Positions 41,900 through 53,892 are shown, counted from the first letter of the stretch. The stretch is DNA of 64,000 bases from Escherichia coli (GCF_016026235.1 NZ_CP065613.1), one strand, 5' to 3'. Notes: generated from the sequence alone by a model not told the origin. Numbers and translations: made by a program.

Positions 41900-42211
41900 A
41901 TGGAAAAACAACGCAGGCAACTTTTCGCACTGGTCGAGGCGATGAATGAAGCCCTCGACAAGCAACGCTGGCGACGCCTTCCGGCACTGCATCAGCAGTT
42001 GATACGCCAGTTTCACGATTACGCGGCGGCGGAAACCGATGCGGCGCAGTTGGATGCAGTGAAAGCGCGACTGTATGACGCGTTTAACGCCCTGATTAAA
42101 CGGCGTGAGCAGCGCGCAGAAGTGTTGAAAGCGCGTATGGAACAGCATCAGCGGCATCAGGAAGGCGTACTGGCCTACTCAATTGTTAATTTACTTTCGG
42201 AGAAGTCATGA
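41900..42211 (+). CDS. lafD: FliT-like export chaperone (probable)
   Basis: 103-aa helical ORF between fliS- and fliK-like genes. Confidence 0.55.
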   Translation: MEKQRRQLFALVEAMNEALDKQRWRRLPALHQQLIRQFHDYAAAETDAAQLDAVKARLYDAFNALIKRREQRAEVLKARMEQHQRHQEGVLAYSIVNLLSEKS

Positions 42212-43269
42212 ATCCGGCATTGCTTGCCACGCTCGGAACGCTTGCGGAAACCGCTTCGTTGAAGGCGGATATTTTACCGCCGGTGAGCGGTGAAAATGCG
42301 CCCGCGTTTACCCTGCCGAAAATGGCGGTCGCGGCGGTGGCGGAGCGCGTTCATAGCGCTAAAACCAGTCAGCAACAGGCGACGCGCCCGCAGGAGAACG
42401 ATCCGGTGGCGATGCAGGCGCTAATGGCGCTGTTACTTCCGCAACCTGCCGCGCCGCATCAGGACACGCCGCAGCCGCGAAACGTCGCAACATCGCCGGT
42501 TATCCAGCAATTGACGAAAGCGGTGGTGCAAAACGCGCCGCAACGCCCGACGCAACAGCAGGAACTCACGCCGTTGCCGCCGCAGTTGCAGGAACTGATC
42601 AGTCAGTTGCCGCAGGCGAAGCCCGAACAGCAGGCCAGATTAGCGACTTACGCCAGTGAAGATTTACATGCCATTGCGCCGACGCAGCCGCGCGTCTCAA
42701 CACAGCCAGCTCGCCCGAAACCTGAACTAACCCGTGTGACCGCGCGCCCGCAGGTCGAGCGTAAAACGGAAAAAGTGCCGGACAGCGAACCGGTGATTGC
42801 GCGTGCGGTGTTGCAGGTTAAGACGCCGGAGCTGCTCAGCGAGCATCAGGAGATTGTCGCCAAACCAGCCACGCTTTCGATGGATGAACTGGGCGAAAAA
42901 CTGACGACGCTGTTGAAAGATCAGATCCACTTTCAGCTCAACAAACAACAGCAGATCTCCACCATCCGTCTCGATCCACCGTCGCTTGGCAAGCTCGAGA
43001 TCGCCGTACAACTCGACAACGGCAAACTGATGGTGCACATCGGCGCGAACCAAAGTGAAGTTTGCCGCGCGTTACAGCAGTTTAGCGACGATCTCCGCCA
43101 GCATCTGACGGCGCAAAATTTTATGGAGGTGAACGTACAGGTTTCCTCCGAAGGGCAGTCGCAGCAACAACAACAGTCGGGCCATCAGCAGGAAGAGGTG
43201 AGTGCTGCCTTACAGCTTGATGATGCGCCTCAATTTCAACAGAACGAATCCGTTTTGATCAAAGTGTAA
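42208..43269 (+). CDS. lafE: hook-length control protein, FliK family
   Basis: Pro/Gln-rich central region and FliK-like C-terminal domain (LGKLEIAVQLDNGKLMVHIGANQSEV). Confidence 0.7.
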   Translation: MNPALLATLGTLAETASLKADILPPVSGENAPAFTLPKMAVAAVAERVHSAKTSQQQATRPQENDPVAMQALMALLLPQPAAPHQDTPQPRNVATSPVIQQLTKAVVQNAPQRPTQQQELTPLPPQLQELISQLPQAKPEQQARLATYASEDLHAIAPTQPRVSTQPARPKPELTRVTARPQVERKTEKVPDSEPVIARAVLQVKTPELLSEHQEIVAKPATLSMDELGEKLTTLLKDQIHFQLNKQQQISTIRLDPPSLGKLEIAVQLDNGKLMVHIGANQSEVCRALQQFSDDLRQHLTAQNFMEVNVQVSSEGQSQQQQQSGHQQEEVSAALQLDDAPQFQQNESVLIKV

Positions 43270-43276
43270 AGGCAAT

Positions 43277-43744
43277 ATGAAGAAAATCGTGGTGGCGGGC
43301 GTGGTCAGCGCCGTTCTGGCGTTGGTGGTGGGGGCCGGAGCTGGATGGGGTGTCTGGCATCATTATGCCGGAAAAGGAAAACCGACTGCCGCCGCGCAGA
43401 CGGAAACGGTGGAAACCCTGGATGAAAGCAAAAGCGTGTTTGTGACGTTGCCGGAAACCATTGTCACGCTGCATGACAATAACGGCGCGGACCATTATTT
43501 GTCGGCGGAATTAGTGATGGTGGTCGCCAGTGACAAAGAAGCGGAAAAAATAAAACATCAGGAGCCACTGTATCAAAGTATTGCGGTTGAATGCCTGACG
43601 GAAATGAAATTTGAAGATTTGCGTGGCATGAAAATATCTGCCATCCGCAAACTGATTTCGGATGCGTTAAAGAAAGATCTTCAGCGTCGCAAAATGAGCG
43701 CACCGTATAAGGATTTGCTGGTGAAAAAAGTGGTCTTCCAGTAA
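43277..43744 (+). CDS. lafF: flagellar basal-body-associated protein, FliL family
   Basis: 155-aa ORF with a single N-terminal TM segment and FliL-like periplasmic domain. Confidence 0.7.
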   Translation: MKKIVVAGVVSAVLALVVGAGAGWGVWHHYAGKGKPTAAAQTETVETLDESKSVFVTLPETIVTLHDNNGADHYLSAELVMVVASDKEAEKIKHQEPLYQSIAVECLTEMKFEDLRGMKISAIRKLISDALKKDLQRRKMSAPYKDLLVKKVVFQ

Positions 43745-43763
43745 TCACCAGGCGGATATAAAT

Positions 43764-44480
43764 ATGCGACAGGATGTATTCGAGTCGGAAGAATTTGCTG
43801 CCGCGCCGGTATTAACCCCGCAGCAGGAGAGCCACTACTTGCAGGCCTATTTACCGTTGGTGCGTAAAGTGGTGCGGCAACTTGCCCCGCAGTGTAATTG
43901 CATTATTGATCGTCAGGATATGGAACAAACGGCGTTAATGGGGCTGCTTAATGCCATCCGCCGCTACGGGCTGCCGGACGAAGGTTTTGCGGGCTATGCC
44001 GTGCACCGTATTCGCGGCGCGATCCTGGATGAGCTGCGCGCTCTCGACTGGCGACCGCGCCAGCTGCGACAGAAATATCATCAGATGAAAGATCTGATTC
44101 GCGAAACGCGCAAAAAACTGGGGCACGAACCGGAGTGGTCAGAACTGGCCGTGGAAGGGATCTCGCATGAAGATTATCTCGAATATCAGCAACTGGAAGG
44201 GGCGGAAACGCTCGCCAGCCTAGACGAACTGCTGAACGGCGAAGGGCCTGGCATTCTGCTTGCTGGCCGGGAGCTGGAAGATCAGTTTGTCACCCAGCAA
44301 ATGCTGCAACAGGCGCTTTCACAATTAAGCGAAAAAGAGCAACTGATCCTCTCCATGTATTACCAGCATGAGATGAATCTCAAAGAGATTGCGCTGGTAT
44401 TAGGGCTAACCGAGGCCCGAATTTGTCAACTGAATAAACAGATCGCGCAGAAAATTCGTGATTTTGTCTATCCGAATTAA
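43764..44480 (+). CDS. lafS: lateral flagellar sigma-28 factor (FliA family)
   Basis: 238-aa sigma-70-family protein with region 2 and region 4 HTH (LKEIALVLGLTEARICQL). Confidence 0.85.
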   Translation: MRQDVFESEEFAAAPVLTPQQESHYLQAYLPLVRKVVRQLAPQCNCIIDRQDMEQTALMGLLNAIRRYGLPDEGFAGYAVHRIRGAILDELRALDWRPRQLRQKYHQMKDLIRETRKKLGHEPEWSELAVEGISHEDYLEYQQLEGAETLASLDELLNGEGPGILLAGRELEDQFVTQQMLQQALSQLSEKEQLILSMYYQHEMNLKEIALVLGLTEARICQLNKQIAQKIRDFVYPN

Positions 44481-44492
44481 AGTGAAGAAATC

Positions 44493-45356
44493 ATGCAAAA
44501 AATATTAGGTTTACTGGTGGTGCTCGGCTGCGTATTTGGCGGTTATTTTGAAGCGGGCGGGCAATTAGTGGCTATCTGGCAACCGGCGGAAATGATCATT
44601 ATTTTGGGTGCCGGTTTCGGGGCGATGATTATTGGTAACCCGAAACATGTGCTGAAAGAGATTGCCCATCAAATTAAAGGCGTAATCAGTAAAAAACAGC
44701 TCGGGCCGGAGTTTCAGCGCCAGCTATTAATGTGCCTGTATGAGTTGCTGGAAATGGTGCAAAACGGCGGCCTGCGCATGCTGGATCAACATATTGAGCA
44801 ACCGGAAGAGAGCACCATTTTCCAGAAATACCCGCTGGTGTTAACCCAGAAGCGGCTGGTGACCTTTATTGCCGATAACTTTCGCCTGATGGCGATGGGT
44901 AAAATCGACGCCCATGAACTGGAAGGCATTCTCGATCAGGAACTGGATACCGCCGAAGAGTCGCTGCTAACGCCGTCGCGCTCGCTGCAACGTACTGCCG
45001 AAGCGATGCCGGGATTTGGTATTTGTGCCGCCGTGCTGGGCATCATCATCACCATGCAGTCGATTGACGGCTCTATCGCCCTGATTGGCCTGAAAGTGGC
45101 GGCAGCGCTGGTGGGGACGTTTTTAGGCGTCTTTATCTGCTACTGCCTGATGGATCCGCTCGCCAACGCCATGGAACAACAGGCGCGGGCAGAACATTCT
45201 TTGCTGGAATGCGTGCGTACCGTGCTGGTGGCGCAGGCAGGCGGCAAACCGACGCTGCTGGCGGTGGATGCCGGGCGTAAGCTGCTGCATCTGGCATCTA
45301 AACCGACCTTCGCCAACCTCGACGCGTGGGTGAATGCGATGCTGGAGCAAGAATAA
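44493..45356 (+). CDS. lafT: lateral flagellar stator protein, MotA family
   Basis: 287-aa four-TM MotA/PomA-like protein. Confidence 0.85.
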   Translation: MQKILGLLVVLGCVFGGYFEAGGQLVAIWQPAEMIIILGAGFGAMIIGNPKHVLKEIAHQIKGVISKKQLGPEFQRQLLMCLYELLEMVQNGGLRMLDQHIEQPEESTIFQKYPLVLTQKRLVTFIADNFRLMAMGKIDAHELEGILDQELDTAEESLLTPSRSLQRTAEAMPGFGICAAVLGIIITMQSIDGSIALIGLKVAAALVGTFLGVFICYCLMDPLANAMEQQARAEHSLLECVRTVLVAQAGGKPTLLAVDAGRKLLHLASKPTFANLDAWVNAMLEQE

Positions 45357-45358
45357 GC

Positions 45359-46282
45359 ATGAGAAAGACGGGCAACCGCCGCGAGCGTGGGGCAAAAACC
45401 ACCATCGTCCGGCGGCAGATCAAAAAGAATCATGCCGGGCACCACGGCGGGGCGTGGAAGGTGGCGTTCGCCGACTTTACTTTGGCAATGATGGCGCTGT
45501 TTATGACGCTGTGGATTGTCAACAGCGTCAGTAAATCCGAGCGTGAAAGCATTATCGCCGCGCTGCACGGGCAGTCGATTTTTAACGGTGGCGGGCTGTC
45601 GCCGTTAAATAAAATCAGCCCGTCTCATCCGCCAAAACCTGCCACCGTGGCGGTGCCGGAAGAGACGGAGAAAAAAGCGCGTGACGTCAATGAGAAAACG
45701 GCGCTGCTGAAGAAGAAATCCGCCACCGAGCTTGGCGAGCTGGCAACCAGTATCAACACTATTGCCCGTGATGCGCATATGGAAGCGAATCTGGAGATGG
45801 AGATTGTCCCGCAGGGATTACGCGTGCTGATTAAAGACGACCAGAATCGCAATATGTTCGAACGCGGCAGCGCGCAGATTATGCCGTTCTTTAAAACGCT
45901 GCTGGTGGAGCTCGCGCCAGTTTTCGACTCGCTCGATAACAAAATTATTATTACCGGGCATACCGATGCGATGGCCTACAAAAACAATATCTACAACAAC
46001 TGGAACCTTTCGGGCGATCGCGCGCTTTCGGCTCGTCGGGTGCTGGAAGAGGCCGGAATGCCGGAAGATAAAGTGATGCAGGTGAGCGCAATGGCGGACC
46101 AGATGCTGCTGGACGCCAAAAATCCGCAAAGCGCGGGCAACCGGCGCATTGAGATTATGGTGCTGACCAAAAGTGCGTCCGATACGTTGTATCAATACTT
46201 TGGTCAGCATGGAGATAAAGTGGTGCAGCCGCTGGTGAAAAAGCTGGATAAGCAGCAGGTGCTTTCGCAGCGAACGCGTTAA
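45359..46282 (+). CDS. lafU: lateral flagellar stator protein, MotB family (OmpA-like C-domain)
   Basis: Start at MRKTGNRRE (ATG 45359); TM segment FADFTLAMMALFMTLWIV; OmpA-like peptidoglycan-binding domain (IITGHTD...NRRIEIMV). Confidence 0.85.
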   Translation: MRKTGNRRERGAKTTIVRRQIKKNHAGHHGGAWKVAFADFTLAMMALFMTLWIVNSVSKSERESIIAALHGQSIFNGGGLSPLNKISPSHPPKPATVAVPEETEKKARDVNEKTALLKKKSATELGELATSINTIARDAHMEANLEMEIVPQGLRVLIKDDQNRNMFERGSAQIMPFFKTLLVELAPVFDSLDNKIIITGHTDAMAYKNNIYNNWNLSGDRALSARRVLEEAGMPEDKVMQVSAMADQMLLDAKNPQSAGNRRIEIMVLTKSASDTLYQYFGQHGDKVVQPLVKKLDKQQVLSQRTR

Positions 46283-46320
46283 ATGCTGAATCTTTACGCA
46301 TTTCTCAAACCCTGAAATCA

Positions 46321-46336
46321 CTGTATACTTTACCAG
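46321..46336. promoter_or_regulatory. LexA box upstream of dinB (CTGTATACTTTACCAG)
   Basis: CTGT-N8-CCAG SOS box about 17 nt upstream of the dinB start. Confidence 0.6.
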
Positions 46337-46352
46337 TGTTGAGAGGTGAGCA

Positions 46353-47408
46353 ATGCGTAAAATCATTCATGTGGATATGGACTGCTTTTTCGCCGCAGTG
46401 GAGATGCGCGACAATCCCGCCCTGCGCGATATCCCTATTGCTATTGGCGGCAGCCGTGAACGTCGGGGGGTGATCAGCACCGCCAATTATCCCGCGCGTA
46501 AATTTGGCGTGCGTAGCGCTATGCCTACTGGGATGGCGCTCAAATTATGCCCACATCTCACCTTGCTTCCGGGGCGCTTTGACGCCTACAAAGAAGCCTC
46601 AAATCATATCCGTGAAATCTTCTCGCGCTACACCTCGCGCATTGAACCGTTGTCACTGGATGAGGCTTATCTCGATGTCACCGATAGCGTCCATTGCCAC
46701 GGTTCTGCGACCCTCATCGCCCAGGAAATCCGCCAGACGATTTTCAGCGAGCTGCAACTGACGGCGTCTGCGGGCGTGGCACCAGTAAAGTTTCTCGCCA
46801 AAATCGCCTCCGACATGAATAAACCCAACGGCCAGTTTGTGATTACGCCGGCAGAAGTTCCGGCATTTTTACAAACCTTACCACTGGCAAAAATCCCCGG
46901 CGTCGGCAAAGTCTCGGCGGCAAAACTGGAAGCGATGGGGCTGCGGACCTGCGGTGATGTACAAAAGTGTGATCTGGTGATGCTGCTTAAACGCTTTGGC
47001 AAATTTGGCCGCATTTTGTGGGAGCGTAGTCAGGGGATTGACGAACGCGATGTTAACAGCGAACGGTTGCGAAAATCCGTCGGCGTGGAACGCACGATGG
47101 CGGAAGATATTCATCACTGGTCTGAATGTGAGGCGATTATCGAGCGGCTGTATCCGGAACTTGAACGCCGTCTGGCAAAGGTAAAACCTGATTTACTGAT
47201 TGCTCGCCAGGGGGTGAAATTAAAGTTCGACGATTTTCAGCAAACCACCCAGGAGCACGTCTGGCCGCGGCTGAATAAAGCTGACTTAATCGCCACCGCG
47301 CGTAAAACCTGGGATGAACGCCGCGGCGGGCGAGGTGTGCGTCTGGTGGGGCTGCACGTGACGTTGCTGGATCCGCAAATGGAAAGACAACTGGTGCTGG
47401 GATTATGA
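46353..47408 (+). CDS. dinB: DNA polymerase IV (Y-family)
   Basis: 351-aa [25 protein letters not shown]... Confidence 0.95.
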   Translation: MRKIIHVDMDCFFAAVEMRDNPALRDIPIAIGGSRERRGVISTANYPARKFGVRSAMPTGMALKLCPHLTLLPGRFDAYKEASNHIREIFSRYTSRIEPLSLDEAYLDVTDSVHCHGSATLIAQEIRQTIFSELQLTASAGVAPVKFLAKIASDMNKPNGQFVITPAEVPAFLQTLPLAKIPGVGKVSAAKLEAMGLRTCGDVQKCDLVMLLKRFGKFGRILWERSQGIDERDVNSERLRKSVGVERTMAEDIHHWSECEAIIERLYPELERRLAKVKPDLLIARQGVKLKFDDFQQTTQEHVWPRLNKADLIATARKTWDERRGGRGVRLVGLHVTLLDPQMERQLVLGL

Positions 47409-47857
47409 ATAACATACAAATAAGAAACTATCAGCCTGGCGATTTTCAGCAACTATGCGCTATTTTCATTAGAGCGGTTACGATGACAGCCAGTGAGCAT
47501 TATTCACCACAACAAATTGCCGCCTGGGCGCAGATTGACGAATCTCGCTGGAAGGAGAAACTCGCGAAATCACAAGTGCGGGTTGCAGTCATTAATGCAC
47601 AACCGGTCGGCTTTATTACCTGCGTTGAACACTATATCGATATGTTATTTGTTGACCCTGAATACACCCGCCGTGGGGTTGCCAGCGCTTTGTTAAAACC
47701 TTTGATTAAGTCTGAATCCGAACTTACGGTAGATGCCAGCATAACTGCAAAACCCTTTTTTGAACGTTATGGTTTTCAGACAGTTAAGCAGCAGCGCGTT
47801 GAATGCCGGGGAGCGTGGTTTACTAATTTTTATATGCGATATAAACAGCAACATTAA
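47405..47857 (+). CDS. yafP: GNAT-family N-acetyltransferase
   Basis: 150-aa ORF whose start overlaps the dinB stop (ATGA); no yafN/yafO ORFs lie between dinB and this gene. Confidence 0.85.
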   Translation: MNNIQIRNYQPGDFQQLCAIFIRAVTMTASEHYSPQQIAAWAQIDESRWKEKLAKSQVRVAVINAQPVGFITCVEHYIDMLFVDPEYTRRGVASALLKPLIKSESELTVDASITAKPFFERYGFQTVKQQRVECRGAWFTNFYMRYKQQH

Positions 47858-48174
47858 ATCCAGCTTGCAATGAAAATAACGCAAGTCTAGTATGTGCGCG
47901 TTTTCTCATTCCACAAACTGCAAGGAGGTAAATCATGACAAATCCTTTATCAATGACTCTTTGCAGACCTTTCCAGGATTAATTCTTTTTTTCTTGCCCT
48001 GGATTCGTCTGCCATTTCCTGATTTTTATATTTATATACTCTAAATAATTCGAGTTGCAGGAAGGCGACAAGCGAGTGAATCGCCAGGAGCTTACTAAAG
48101 TAAGTGACTGGGGTGAACGAACGCAGTCGCAGTACATGCAACTTGAAGTATGACGAGTATAAATGGAATGGTAC

Positions 48175-48429
48175 ATGGGCAAATATATTCGTCCCTTATC
48201 CGATGCGGTATTTACCATCGCATCTGATGACCTGTGGATCGAGAGTTTAGCGATCCAACAATTACACACCACGGCAAATTTACCCAACATGCAGCGCGTA
48301 GTGGGGATGCCAGATTTACACCCCGGACGCGGCTACCCGATTGGCGCGGCGTTCTTCTCTGTTGGTCGTTTTTACCCGGCAAGACGTCGCGGTAACGGTG
48401 CTGGAAACCGAAGCCGGGCGTTATCCTGA
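48175..48429 (+). pseudogene. ykfJ: RtcB-like RNA ligase N-terminal remnant
   Basis: MGKYIRPL...[19 protein letters not shown] resembles an RtcB N-terminus; the frame ends after ~85 codons. Confidence 0.5.
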
Positions 48430-48709
48430 CACGCTGCGTTCGTCGGGGCCGGGCGGTCAACATGTCAATAAAACCGACTTGGCGGTACGCGCCACGCATC
48501 TGGCATCCGGTATTAGCGTGAAGGTTCAGTCAGAGCGCAGCCAGCATGCTAACAAACGGCTGGCGCGATTGCTGATTGCCTGGAAGCTGGGGCAGCAGCA
48601 ACAGGAAAATAGCGCGGCGCTGAAATCGCAGCGGCGAATGTTCCATCACCAGATTGAACGTGGCAACCCGCGACGGACATTTACAGGGATGGCTTTTATC
48701 GAAGGATAA
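48341..48709 (+). pseudogene. prfH: peptide chain release factor homolog RF-H, C-terminal remnant
   Basis: GGQ motif region ([21 protein letters not shown]) with no complete N-terminal domain; overlaps the RtcB-like remnant in another frame. Confidence 0.55.
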
Positions 48710-48765
48710 TGAAGGATGAAACTGCCGGAAGGTGATTGAACGCCATCCGGCAGCAAATCAAATAA

Positions 48766-50223
48766 TTACTTCGCCGGAATTTCTTTCAGCAGTTCAGTCA
48801 GCAGTGTCCAGTAATGACCTACGCTTTCGATGTGAACTTGCTCATCCGGAGAGTGTGGACCGGTGATAGTTGGCCCGATAGAAACCATGTCCATTTCCGG
48901 ATACGGTTTTTTGAACAGACCACATTCCAGGCCCGCGTGGATAATCTGGATGTTCGGTGTCTTGTTGAACAGGCGCTGATAGGTTTCACGTACCAGATGC
49001 ATCACCGGAGAATTAGCGTCCGGCTGCCAGCCAGGATATGCGCCTTTCGCTTCGGTTTTCGCGCCAGCCAGTTTACCCAGCGAATCCAGCATGCTCACCA
49101 CGTAGTCTTTACCGCTGTCGATCAGAGAACGGATCAGACAGTGAATTTCTACGTTATTGTCAGTCATGGTCACCACACCGACGTTCAGGGAGGTTTCGAC
49201 CACACCTTTTGCCACGTCGGAATTGCGGATCACACCGTTCGGGGTGGCGTTCAGCAGACGAATAAAGGTATCGCGAGATTTCGCAATCAGGGCAGCTTTA
49301 TCGTTCGCAACAGAGTCCAGCAGCAATGCCAGATTCTTCTCTTTTTCTGCCAGCTCGTTTTTCAGAATGTCCTGATAGGTATTCACCAGAGATTTCAGTG
49401 CGTCGACTTTATCAGCTGCGACAGCAATGGTCGCAAAGGCTTCACGCGGGATGGCGTTACGCAGTGTACCGCCGTTGAAATCGATAAGGCGCAGATCCAG
49501 TTCTTCCGCATGACCCGCCAAGAAGCGCACCAGCAGTTTGTTGGCATTACCGAGGCCAACGTGGATTTCACCGCCGGAGTGACCGCCTTTCAGACCTTTT
49601 AAGGTTAACTTGAAGGTTTCAAAACCAGCTGGAACCTCTTCACGATCTAAATGCAGGTTGGAGGTGAAGTCGATACCCCCCGCACAACCCATGTAGATTT
49701 CACCTTCTTCTTCGGAGTCGGTGTTAATCAGAATATCAGCCTGCAACCAGTTGCTCTGTAAGCCAAAAGCACCGTCCATACCGGCTTCTTCGGTCATGGT
49801 CAGCAGCACTTCCAGCGGACCGTGAACCACGTTTTCGTCAGCCAGAACCGCCAGTGCAGAGGCCATACCAATGCCGTTATCCGCACCCAGCGTGGTGCCG
49901 CGCGCTTTAACCCATTCGCCATCAATATAAGGCTGGATAGGATCTTTCGTGAAGTCATGCACGGTGTCGTTATTTTTCTGCGGCACCATATCGAGGTGGG
50001 CCTGTAAGACGACCGGTTTACGATTTTCCATACCTGCGGTAGCAGGTTTACGAATCAGGATATTACCTACCTGATCGCGTTCGACATGGAAACCTTTCTC
50101 TTTTGCCCAACCAACAATGTATTCAGCGAGTTGCTCTTCATGATAGGACGGGTGAGGAATAGAACAGATTTTGGCAAAAATATCCCACAGCGGCTGTGGA
50201 GATAATTGAGACAGTTCAGACAC
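48766..50223 (-). CDS. pepD: cytosol non-specific dipeptidase (M20 family)
   Basis: 485-aa ORF MSELSQLSPQPLWDIFAKICSIPHPSYHEE... Confidence 0.95.
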   Translation of the reverse strand: MSELSQLSPQPLWDIFAKICSIPHPSYHEEQLAEYIVGWAKEKGFHVERDQVGNILIRKPATAGMENRKPVVLQAHLDMVPQKNNDTVHDFTKDPIQPYIDGEWVKARGTTLGADNGIGMASALAVLADENVVHGPLEVLLTMTEEAGMDGAFGLQSNWLQADILINTDSEEEGEIYMGCAGGIDFTSNLHLDREEVPAGFETFKLTLKGLKGGHSGGEIHVGLGNANKLLVRFLAGHAEELDLRLIDFNGGTLRNAIPREAFATIAVAADKVDALKSLVNTYQDILKNELAEKEKNLALLLDSVANDKAALIAKSRDTFIRLLNATPNGVIRNSDVAKGVVETSLNVGVVTMTDNNVEIHCLIRSLIDSGKDYVVSMLDSLGKLAGAKTEAKGAYPGWQPDANSPVMHLVRETYQRLFNKTPNIQIIHAGLECGLFKKPYPEMDMVSIGPTITGPHSPDEQVHIESVGHYWTLLTELLKEIPAK

Positions 50224-50483
50224 GTTAAGTCTCCTTGTCGATCACCCGCAAAACAGTATTGCAGGTCACAGGGTTAGCAGAAAATGTTGTCAACACAAGA
50301 CAGGCTTGCGAGATATGTTTGAGAATACCACTTTATCCCGCGTCAGGGAGAGGCAGTGCGTAAAAAGACGCGGACTCATGTGAAATACTGGTTTTTAGTG
50401 CGCCAGATCTCTATAATCTCGCGCAACCTATTTTCCCCTCGAACACTTTTTAAGCCGTAGATAAACAGGCTGGGACACTTCAC

Positions 50484-50942
50484 ATGAGCGAAAAATACAT
50501 CGTCACCTGGGACATGTTGCAGATCCATGCACGTAAACTCGCAAGCCGACTGATGCCTTCTGAACAATGGAAAGGCATTATTGCCGTAAGCCGTGGCGGT
50601 CTGGTACCGGGTGCGTTACTGGCGCGTGAACTGGGTATTCGTCATGTCGATACCGTTTGTATTTCCAGCTACGATCACGACAACCAGCGCGAGCTTAAAG
50701 TGCTGAAACGCGCAGAAGGCGATGGCGAAGGCTTCATAGTTATTGATGACCTGGTGGATACCGGTGGTACTGCTGTTGCGATTCGTGAAATGTATCCAAA
50801 AGCGCACTTTGTCACCATCTTCGCAAAACCGGCTGGTCGTCCGCTGGTTGATGACTATGTTGTTGATATTCCGCAAGATACCTGGATCGAACAGCCGTGG
50901 GATATGGGCGTCGTATTCGTCCCGCCAATCTCCGGTCGCTAA
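50484..50942 (+). CDS. gpt: xanthine-guanine phosphoribosyltransferase
   Basis: 152-aa ORF with PRPP-binding motif [11 protein letters not shown]. Confidence 0.95.
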
Positions 50943-50949
50943 TCTTTTC

Positions 50950-50981
50950 AACGCCTGGCACTGCCGGGCGTTGTTCTTTTT
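50950..50981 (+). terminator. rho-independent terminator after gpt
   Basis: Hairpin aacgcc-tggcactgccg-ggcgtt followed by gttcttttt. Confidence 0.6.
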
Positions 50982-51033
50982 AACTTCAGGCAGGTTACAA
51001 TAGTTTCCAGTAAGTATTCTGGAGGCTGCATCC

Positions 51034-52278
51034 ATGACACAGGCAAACCTGAGCGAAACCCTGTTCAAACCCCGCTTTAAACATCCTGAAACCTCGACGC
51101 TAGTCCGCCGCTTTAATCACGGCGCACAACCGCCTGTGCAGTCGGCTCTTGATGGTAAAACCATCCCTCACTGGTATCGCATGATTAACCGTCTGATGTG
51201 GATCTGGCGCGGCATTGACCCACGCGAAATCCTCGACGTCCAGGCACGTATTGTGATGAGCGATGCTGAACGTACCGACGATGATTTATACGATACTGTG
51301 ATTGGCTACCGTGGTGGCAACTGGATTTATGAGTGGGCCACCCAGGCGATGGTGTGGCAACAAAAAGCCTGTGCGGAAGAAGATCCGCAACTCAGTGGTC
51401 GTCACTGGCTGCATGCGGCTACGTTGTACAACATTGCCGCCTATCCTCATCTGAAAGGAGATGACCTGGCCGAGCAAGCGCAGGCTTTGTCAAACCGCGC
51501 CTATGAAGAGGCCGCTCAGCGTCTGCCGGGCACGATGCGGCAGATGGAGTTTACCGTACCCGGCGGTGCGCCCATCACCGGCTTTTTGCATATGCCGAAA
51601 GGCGATGGCCCGTTCCCGACGGTATTAATGTGTGGTGGTCTGGATGCGATGCAGACGGACTATTACAGCCTGTATGAACGTTATTTTGCGCCGCGCGGCA
51701 TTGCGATGCTGACTATTGATATGCCGTCGGTGGGCTTTTCTTCAAAATGGAAGCTCACCCAGGACTCCAGCCTGTTGCATCAGCACGTCTTAAAGGCTCT
51801 GCCTAACGTACCGTGGGTGGATCACACTCGCGTCGCGGCCTTTGGTTTCCGTTTCGGCGCTAACGTTGCCGTGCGTCTGGCATATCTTGAATCGCCGCGT
51901 CTGAAAGCGGTTGCCTGTCTTGGTCCGGTAGTTCATACCCTGTTGAGTGATTTTAAGTGCCAGCAACAGGTGCCGGAAATGTATCTTGACGTTCTGGCGA
52001 GTCGTTTGGGGATGCATGATGCTTCCGATGAAGCGTTGCGCGTGGAGCTGAATCGCTATTCATTAAAAGTGCAAGGATTGCTGGGACGTCGATGCCCAAC
52101 GCCAATGTTATCAGGCTACTGGAAGAACGATCCGTTCAGCCCGGAAGAGGACTCACGCTTAATCACCTCATCATCTGCTGACGGTAAATTATTAGAGATC
52201 CCATTTAACCCGGTGTATCGGAATTTTGACAAAGGTCTTCAGGAAATCACCGACTGGATCGAAAAACGCTTGTGTTAA
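51034..52278 (+). CDS. frsA: esterase FrsA (alpha/beta hydrolase)
   Basis: 414-aa [27 protein letters not shown]... Confidence 0.9.
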
Positions 52279-52737
<459 letters not shown>

Positions 52738-52775
52738 GTGAAATGTGCCGGATGCATCACATCCGGCAATAATCA

Positions 52776-53831
52776 TTAAAACTGATAGGTCATGCCAACC
52801 GCGACAATATCATCATTATTAATATTCAATTTGTTATCGCTATCCAGTTGGTTGATTTTATAATCAACAAACGCTGACATATTTTTGTTGAAATAATATG
52901 TAGCCCCGACATCGATATAATTGACCAGATCTTCATCACCGATACCTTCAATATCTTTCCCTTTCGATAAGACATAACCCAGCGATGGACGCAGACCAAA
53001 ATCAAACTGGTATTGAGCGACCGCTTCAAAGTTCTGTGTCTTATTGGCAAAGCCGCCAGTTATTGGCGTCATTTTGCGTGTTTCAGAATAAAAAGTTGCC
53101 AGATAAATATTATTGGCATCGTATTTCAGACCTGTAGCCCATGCTTCTGCACGCTTGCCTGTGCCACGGCTTTGCAGGTTCTGCTCGTTGGTGCGATCTG
53201 AGTTGGTATAGGCCCCACTAATGGCGAAATCGCTGCCGCCAAAGTCATATGTCAATGACGTGCCGAAGCCATCGCCGTTTTGCTTTTTAACGTCGCGGTT
53301 TTCGTTTTTCCCTTGATATTGCAGGGTTAAGTTCAGGCCATCGATAACGCCGAAGAAGTCGGTGTTCCGATACGTCGCCAGACCGCTGGCGCGTTTGGTC
53401 ATAAAGTTGTCGGTCTGCGCCGAGGAGTCGCCACCAAATTCCGGGAACATATCGGTCCAGGCTTCCACGTCATACAACGCGCCCAGGTTACGACCATAAT
53501 CGAAAGAACCCAAATCTTTATATTTCAACCCGGCAAAAGCGAGACGCGTTTTTTGCTGTGCAGTATCACTCTCTGCTTTATTACCGGCAAACTCTGCTTC
53601 CCAACGACCATAACCAGTCAGTTGATCGTTAATTTGTGTTTCGCCTTTAAAACCAAAACGGATATAACTCTGGTCGCCATCTTTACTGTCGTTATCACTC
53701 ATATAATGCATGGCTTTAACTTTGCCATAGACATCCAGTTTATTACCGTCTTTGTTATATATTTCTGCGGCCTGTACGGATGCAGATGCCACAATGCCCA
53801 TCACCACTAATGCCAGAGTGCTCTTTTTCAT
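52776..53831 (-). CDS. phoE: outer membrane phosphoporin PhoE
   Basis: Signal peptide [21 protein letters not shown]; porin C-terminus ending in F. Confidence 0.9.
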   Translation of the reverse strand: MKKSTLALVVMGIVASASVQAAEIYNKDGNKLDVYGKVKAMHYMSDNDSKDGDQSYIRFGFKGETQINDQLTGYGRWEAEFAGNKAESDTAQQKTRLAFAGLKYKDLGSFDYGRNLGALYDVEAWTDMFPEFGGDSSAQTDNFMTKRASGLATYRNTDFFGVIDGLNLTLQYQGKNENRDVKKQNGDGFGTSLTYDFGGSDFAISGAYTNSDRTNEQNLQSRGTGKRAEAWATGLKYDANNIYLATFYSETRKMTPITGGFANKTQNFEAVAQYQFDFGLRPSLGYVLSKGKDIEGIGDEDLVNYIDVGATYYFNKNMSAFVDYKINQLDSDNKLNINNDDIVAVGMTYQF

Positions 53832-53892
53832 TTTCATTCCTGATTTTAATTAACGCGCGAATATTCAGCGGGAGAGTCCCGTTGAAAACAGG

